DNA from: Chthonomonadales bacterium
Lineage (GTDB): Bacteria; Armatimonadota; Chthonomonadetes; Chthonomonadales; Chthonomonadaceae
Length of the DNA stretch: 31,895 nt
Assembly: GCA_038217285.1 (NCBI GenBank)
Contig: JBBQPO010000030.1
Span: 1-31,895 of the forward strand
Direction of reading: 5' to 3'
Shown: piece after piece, positions 27,123 to 31,895 of the stretch
Numbering within the stretch: the first letter of the stretch is position 1
Layout of the letters: each line of letters starts with the position of its first letter
The notes under the pieces: generated by a model
Told to the model about the DNA's origin: nothing
Databases searched by the model: none
What the model saw: only the letters and a program-made list of their open reading frames with translations
Position numbers and translations under genes: made by a program

Positions 27123-27983
27123 ATGGCTGTGAGTACCACGCCGCGCCCGGCGATGCCCAAACCATCGCCGGAGATGCAGCGTCAGGATACGTGGTGGATC
27201 GAACCGGTGTTGGTCGTCGCTACGCTGGTGCTATTTATCATCTACGGGACCATCCGCGCTTTCGAGAACAACTTCTACGATACGCTGCGCATTGTCGAAG
27301 CCCATGGCGGGGTGCAAGCCGGTGTCGCCTTCTTCGGCAATTATGCGCCGCACTATCTGTCCCCGTTCTATTCCCCGCCGATTCAGGACTGGTACGAGTC
27401 TCTGTTCCATGCGAAGATGCCGATTTCGCCCTCGCTTTTGCTTCTGGCTTTTCCGGGCAGTTTCCGCGCCAGCTGCTACTTCGCGCGTCGTTCCTACTAT
27501 CGGGCGTTCTTCTGGGATCCGCCCGCCTGTGCTGTGCGTGAAATAGCGCAGGCGCGACGCAAGAACTACACAGGTGAGCGCGATTTCCCGTTCAACCTGC
27601 AAAATCTGCACCGGTACGCGCTCTACGCGATTTTCATCGTGGTGGCGTTCCACTGGGCGCATCTGGTCCAGGCCCTGTTCTTCACGGACGCCGCAGGCAA
27701 GACCCATTTCGGAGTCGGCGTCGGCACGTTGATCGTTTTGGTCGATACGGTTCTGCTCAGCCTCTACGTCTTCTCGTGCCACTCCTTCCGCCATCTGATC
27801 GGGGGGGTGCTGAACCGGTTCTCGTCCAACAAGACAAGGTTTAATCTCTGGATGAACATCTCAGGGCTGAACGCGCGGCACGGGCTCTACTTCTGGCTCA
27901 GCCTGATCACCGTTGGACTGGCGGACGTCTATATTCGTCTGGTCTGTACAGGCGTGATTCGCGACCTGCATATCGTCTTCTAA
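27123..27983 (+). CDS. sdhC: Succinate dehydrogenase membrane anchor, mycobacterial Sdh1 (Rv0249c)-like
   Basis: YLSPFYSP, FRASCYFARRSYYRAFFWDPPACAV, QNLHRY, SCHSFRHL, NARHG; precedes sdhA/sdhB. Confidence 0.85.
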   Translation: MAVSTTPRPAMPKPSPEMQRQDTWWIEPVLVVATLVLFIIYGTIRAFENNFYDTLRIVEAHGGVQAGVAFFGNYAPHYLSPFYSPPIQDWYESLFHAKMPISPSLLLLAFPGSFRASCYFARRSYYRAFFWDPPACAVREIAQARRKNYTGERDFPFNLQNLHRYALYAIFIVVAFHWAHLVQALFFTDAAGKTHFGVGVGTLIVLVDTVLLSLYVFSCHSFRHLIGGVLNRFSSNKTRFNLWMNISGLNARHGLYFWLSLITVGLADVYIRLVCTGVIRDLHIVF

Positions 27984-28104
27984 TCGCCGCTCTGCCCTCT
28001 CTCCGATGCTGGACGAGGGCGAGTTAAGCCACCGCCGGTCCTTCTGATAGTCGCTGCCCATAAGCGCGACATCAGGCGGGAAGAGCGGAGGCGCGGAAAG
28101 CAAA

Positions 28105-29922
28105 ATGGAAAACTACGAAACGTTTGAATACGACGTCCTGGTGATTGGCGCGGGCGGTGCGGGCCTGCGGGCCGTCATCGCGGCTCGGGAGGCGGGCTGC
28201 AATGTCGGGGTCGTCTGCAAGTCGCTGCTCGGCAAGGCGCACACCGTCATGGCGGAGGGAGGCGTCGCTGCCGCCCTCAACAACATGACCAACCCGGACG
28301 GCAAAAAAGAGGGCGATAGTTGGAAGGTCCACTTCACCGACACGATGAAGGGCGGCGGCTTCCTCAACAACTGGCGCACCGTGGAGATCTTCGCGAAAGA
28401 GGCGCCCGATCGCGTTCTGGAGTTGGAGCAGTACGGCGCGGTCTTCGATCGTACGCCCGAAGGTGCCATCGCCCAGCGCCCGTTCGGAGGCCACAAGTAC
28501 CGTCGCCTCAACCATGTCGGCGACCGCACCGGGCTGGAGCTGATCCGCACACTGCAGGATAAGGCGGTCGGCGTCGGCATGAACGTTCACATGGAGGTCA
28601 CGCTCTGCCGCCTGCTGAAGGACGGCGACCGTGTGGTGGGCGCGTTCGGCTACTACCGCGAGAGCGGCAAGTTCGTCGTTTTCAAGGCCAAAGCCGTGAT
28701 ACTGGCGACGGGCGGTTGGGGCCGCATGTTTAAGTTTACGTCCAACTCCTGGGAGGGCACGGGCGACGGGCTGCAGATGGCCTATGAGGCCGGCGCGGAG
28801 CTGATGGATATGGAGATGATCCAGTTCCATCCGACGGGAATGGCCTGGCCGCCCGGTATGCGCGGCATCCTGGTGACGGAAGGGGTACGCGGCGAGGGCG
28901 GCATCCTGCTCAACAACAAAAATGAGCGGTTTATGTTCAACCCCGAGTACACCCCGCCGCTCTACAAGGACCAGTTCGCCGAGACTCATGAGGAGGCCGA
29001 GCGCTGGCTGACGGACAAGAAAAACAACCGCCGCCCGCCGGAGCTGCTGCCGCGCGACGTCGTGGCGCGCGCCATCTATCGTGAAGTCGAGGCCGGGCGT
29101 GGCACCGAACACAAGGCCGTCTATCTGAACGTCTCGCATCGCGGCGAGGCCTATATCAAGCGCAAACTGCCGTCGATGTACGAACAGTTCCACGCTCTGG
29201 GCGATGTCGATATCACCAAGCAGTCGATGGAGGTCTATCCGACCATCCACTACACGATGGGCGGCGTACGGGCCGAGCCCGAGACCTGTTCCACCTCCGT
29301 GCCTGGCCTGTTCGCGGCGGGAGAGGTGGCGGCGGGCCTGCACGGGGCCAATCGGCTCGGCGGCAACTCACTTTCGGACATTATCGTCTTCGGCAAGCGG
29401 GCCGGAGACGGCGCGGCAGCCTTCGCGAAGACGGCTGCGCTGGGCCGCGTCGATCCAACCCAGATCGAGGCAGAGATCGAGGTGCTGATGTCGCCGCTGG
29501 AGACGAAGGGCGGTGAGAACCCCTATAAGATCCACCAGGAGCTGCAGGAGATCATGCAGACCAATGCCATGGTCGCCCGTACTGAAGAGGGGCTGCGCGT
29601 GGCCCTGGCGAAGGTTCAGGAGCTGCGGGCGCGCGCCAAAAACCTCTCCGTGCCCGGCGACCGGGATTTCAACCCCGGCTGGCATGCCGCCCGCGACCTG
29701 CGCTTCATGCTGCGCGCCTCCGAGGTGATCGTCCTCTGCGCCCTCGAGCGCAAGGAGAGCCGCGGCGCGCAGTGGCGGCTCGACTTCCCGGCGATCGATC
29801 CCGTCTACTGGGGCAAGCACAACCTGATCGCCACCCTGGAGAACGACGTTGTAAAGATCACGCCCCGGCCTCTGCCGGAGATGCCCGAAGAGCTGAAACA
29901 GGTCGTCGAAGAGTACAAGTAG
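28105..29922 (+). CDS. sdhA: Succinate dehydrogenase/fumarate reductase flavoprotein subunit
   Basis: GAGGAG, KAHTVMAEGG (FAD-His), QFHPTG, TEGVRGEGG, HYTMGG, HGANRLGGNSL, RKESRGA. Confidence 0.96.
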   Translation: MENYETFEYDVLVIGAGGAGLRAVIAAREAGCNVGVVCKSLLGKAHTVMAEGGVAAALNNMTNPDGKKEGDSWKVHFTDTMKGGGFLNNWRTVEIFAKEAPDRVLELEQYGAVFDRTPEGAIAQRPFGGHKYRRLNHVGDRTGLELIRTLQDKAVGVGMNVHMEVTLCRLLKDGDRVVGAFGYYRESGKFVVFKAKAVILATGGWGRMFKFTSNSWEGTGDGLQMAYEAGAELMDMEMIQFHPTGMAWPPGMRGILVTEGVRGEGGILLNNKNERFMFNPEYTPPLYKDQFAETHEEAERWLTDKKNNRRPPELLPRDVVARAIYREVEAGRGTEHKAVYLNVSHRGEAYIKRKLPSMYEQFHALGDVDITKQSMEVYPTIHYTMGGVRAEPETCSTSVPGLFAAGEVAAGLHGANRLGGNSLSDIIVFGKRAGDGAAAFAKTAALGRVDPTQIEAEIEVLMSPLETKGGENPYKIHQELQEIMQTNAMVARTEEGLRVALAKVQELRARAKNLSVPGDRDFNPGWHAARDLRFMLRASEVIVLCALERKESRGAQWRLDFPAIDPVYWGKHNLIATLENDVVKITPRPLPEMPEELKQVVEEYK

Positions 29923-29995
29923 GTCGGTGACGCGGCCCGGACGTCGAGGCGGTGGTGAAACCGTTTCGACGCTGAGGTGACCGCAAGGAGCTGAG

Positions 29996-30814
29996 ATGGA
30001 AAAGATTACCCTGCGTGTGTTTCGGGGCAATAACGAGGGCGGCGGGCTCGTGGACTATCCGGTTGAGACGTTCCCCGGTATGGTGGTGCTGGACGCGATT
30101 CACCAGATCCAGGCCAGCCAGGACTCGACGCTCGCCTGCCGCTGGAACTGCAAGGCGGCCAAATGCGGCTCCTGCAGCGCGGAAGTGGACGGCAAGCCCG
30201 CCCTGATGTGCAAGACCCGCGTCGATCAGTTCCCCACCGGAACGATCAAGGTCGGCCCCATGCGCGCCTTCCCGTTGATCAAAGATCTGATTACGGATGT
30301 CTCGTGGAACTATAAGATAGCGGCGAAGATCCCCCCGCTGGTTCCCAAACCCGAAAACGCCGGCAAGCCGTTCAACCTGCAGCAAGAAGATGTGGACCGC
30401 GTTCAGGAGTTCCGCAAGTGCATCGAGTGCTTCCTGTGCCAAGACGTTTGCCACGTCATTCGCGAGCACGACCGCAAAGACGCGTTCTTCGGGCCGCGTC
30501 AGATGGTGCGTATCGCCGCGCTGGAGATGCACCCGATGGACAACCTGAACCGCCGCACCCAGTTGAAGGGCGAGGGGGGCGTCGGGATGTGCAACATCAC
30601 CAAATGCTGCACCGAGGTCTGCCCGGAGCATATACATATCACGGACAACGCGATCATCCCATTGAAAGAGCGCGTCGCAGACGACTACTTCGACCCGCTG
30701 CGCGGCCTGTTCACGAAGATCGGCCTCATCAAGCGCGACACCAAAGCGCCGCTCGACTCCGTGCCCAATGAGCAGACCAAGATCCATACACGCGAGCCCC
30801 TGCGCGGCAAATAG
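29996..30814 (+). CDS. sdhB: Succinate dehydrogenase/fumarate reductase iron-sulfur subunit
   Basis: CKAAKCGSC...C, CIECFLCQDVC, CNITKCCTEVCP. Confidence 0.96.
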   Translation: MEKITLRVFRGNNEGGGLVDYPVETFPGMVVLDAIHQIQASQDSTLACRWNCKAAKCGSCSAEVDGKPALMCKTRVDQFPTGTIKVGPMRAFPLIKDLITDVSWNYKIAAKIPPLVPKPENAGKPFNLQQEDVDRVQEFRKCIECFLCQDVCHVIREHDRKDAFFGPRQMVRIAALEMHPMDNLNRRTQLKGEGGVGMCNITKCCTEVCPEHIHITDNAIIPLKERVADDYFDPLRGLFTKIGLIKRDTKAPLDSVPNEQTKIHTREPLRGK

Positions 30815-30823
30815 CCGCGCTCC

Positions 30824-30846
30824 CCAGGTGACGTTGCGTCACCTGG
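30824..30846. terminator. Hairpin between convergent sdhB and TM2 genes
   Basis: CCAGGTGACG-TTG-CGTCACCTGG; no U tract. Confidence 0.5.
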
Positions 30847-30879
30847 CATCGCCAACCTTGGCGCTGAACCATGTCTCTC

Positions 30880-31284
30880 TCAGAACCAGCCCTTCTTGCG
30901 AACAACGTAGGTGTTCACAAACTCCGGGTCTGGTTTTGAGAGGTAGATGATCCCCTCGACGATCCCAATGATATGCATCACGGCAGTCGCGAGCCCACAC
31001 GTCAGCAGCCCTCCTACCAGACTGATCACCAGCGTGATGATGCCCTCGGTCGTATAGCCCAGAACGAACTTATGAATGCCCAGTGTGCCCAGCAGAATGC
31101 CGCAGAGTCCTGCAGGGACTTTCAGCGCCGCCTGTGCCGCGTAGGGGCTCTGTGCATACCCCGACGTCTGGTAGGGCGGCATAGGCTGTCCCTGGAACAT
31201 CTGCCCACATCGGGAGCAGTGCGAGGCCTGTAGTTCAGAAGACGCCTGGCACTGAGGGCAGGCTTTGTATTGAGGCGTATACAT
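30880..31284 (-). CDS. TM2 domain-containing protein with N-terminal zinc ribbon
   Basis: SD GGAGGAG; CPQC...CSRCG; AGLCGILLGTLGIHKFVLGY...IEGIIYL-type VEGIIYL...KKGWF. Confidence 0.9.
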   Translation of the reverse strand: MYTPQYKACPQCQASSELQASHCSRCGQMFQGQPMPPYQTSGYAQSPYAAQAALKVPAGLCGILLGTLGIHKFVLGYTTEGIITLVISLVGGLLTCGLATAVMHIIGIVEGIIYLSKPDPEFVNTYVVRKKGWF

Positions 31285-31530
31285 GATTGGGTTTTCTCCT
31301 CCATGGGCACGACATCCCGGCACGGCGCCGGTACTGGATTCCTGAGACGGACGAAGGCATGCCCCCGCTACTGCGACTGCACAACCGTAACGCTCCAACG
31401 GTATACTTTCGAGCATCAGGGCCTCCTCGGAGGAAATGGTTGTGTGAGAACTCCCTCTTATCCGATGAGCCCTGATGCTTCAGAGCACGACCACACTCTT
31501 TGTCAATGAGCCCGATGTCGTGGCTTGAAT

Positions 31531-31599
31531 CTACATATGCCAGTCGCGGTCGCCGTAGATCGTCTGGATGTATTCGATCTGCGGGATGTGCGAGCGCGT
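31531..31599 (-). pseudogene. 3' end of a host gene (DinB-like) apparently interrupted by the IS
   Basis: Directly after the IS right end the frame reads TRSHIPQIEYIQTIYGDRDWHM* with strongly GC3-biased codons. Confidence 0.5.
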
Positions 31600-31895
31600 G
31601 TCAGTTACCCCTGGCTGAAGCGCAGGGGCTTGCGACGATCTGTATGGATGTATTCCTGCATATAGACCTGACGCTTCTGGCGGACTGACTCCGCCCCGAG
31701 AAACCGGATATTGATCGCCGCGTTATCATCTGTGTGCCAGCAAAAACCACATTTCCTGCATTGGAACCAGGCTTGAGTTGGCCGGTTCGTGTCAGACATG
31801 TAGTGGCACTTGGAGCATGTCTTGCTGGTGTAGTCGGGAGGCACGAAGATCACAGGAATGCCTTCCAACTCTGCTTTGTAGACGATAAAACCGAT
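31600..31895 (-). mobile_element. IS200/IS605 family element, right-end portion (omega-RNA scaffold region)
   Basis: tnpB 3' end, subterminal hairpin CCCCTG-CGCTTCAGC-CAGGGG (31608-31628), then TAACTGAC, a typical right end. Confidence 0.85.
31605..31895 (-). CDS. tnpB: RNA-guided endonuclease TnpB, C-terminal part (5' outside window)
   Basis: FIVYKAELEGIPVIFVPPDYTSKTCSKC...FQCRKCG...HTDDNAAINI: zinc ribbon and RuvC-III Asp. Confidence 0.93.
   Translation of the reverse strand: MGFIVYKAELEGIPVIFVPPDYTSKTCSKCHYMSDTNRPTQAWFQCRKCGFCWHTDDNAAINIRFLGAESVRQKRQVYMQEYIHTDRRKPLRFSQG

Noticed and set aside
28072-30787. Long antisense ORFs over sdhA/sdhB (and similar ones at 4403-5383, 7416-8675, 1692-2738)
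   Set aside because: Shadow frames of GC-rich coding genes with no independent motifs.
31600-31895. IStron (group I intron-IS hybrid) or Cas12/CRISPR locus
   Set aside because: The predicted right end finishes in C, not the terminal G of a group I intron; no repeat-spacer array seen; 5' part is outside the window.

Overview
GC-rich bacterial window; gene content tentatively suggests Armatimonadota (inference only). Left arm (1-5.3 kb): 3' end of an ABC-F ATPase, a GlsB/YeaQ/YmgE membrane protein, an unannotated 18-aa poly-Lys mini-gene with its own RBS, ECF-like promoter and terminator, an O-antigen ligase-like protein, a DUF6941-like protein, an FKBP PPIase and a TauE/SafE exporter. Central accessory block (5.4-23.0 kb): ten co-oriented minus-strand genes, mostly secreted, lipoprotein or membrane products (FlgT/CsgG-like pair, DUF4177, RING-like Zn finger, trypsin-like protease, VWA lipoprotein, alpha/beta-hydrolase lipoprotein, OMP-like), plus an RDD fragment. 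They are divergent from an AfsR/SARP-type BTAD-ATPase-TPR regulator preceded by an 11-bp-phased direct repeat. Then come a tiny secreted YD-repeat-like protein and a 1252-aa protein that fuses a diverged SARP/BTAD-like head to a NACHT/Avs-like STAND ATPase, the best candidate for a new system. Right arm (23.0-31.9 kb): a sensor-less histidine kinase with a degenerate ATP-binding domain, tRNA-Met(CAT), an ABC ATPase, mtnA, a LysR regulator divergent from a mycobacterial-Sdh1-type succinate dehydrogenase operon, a TM2 protein, and the right end of an IS200/IS605 element (tnpB 3' end) that appears to be inserted in a host gene. All family calls come from motif recognition by eye; no database searches were run.
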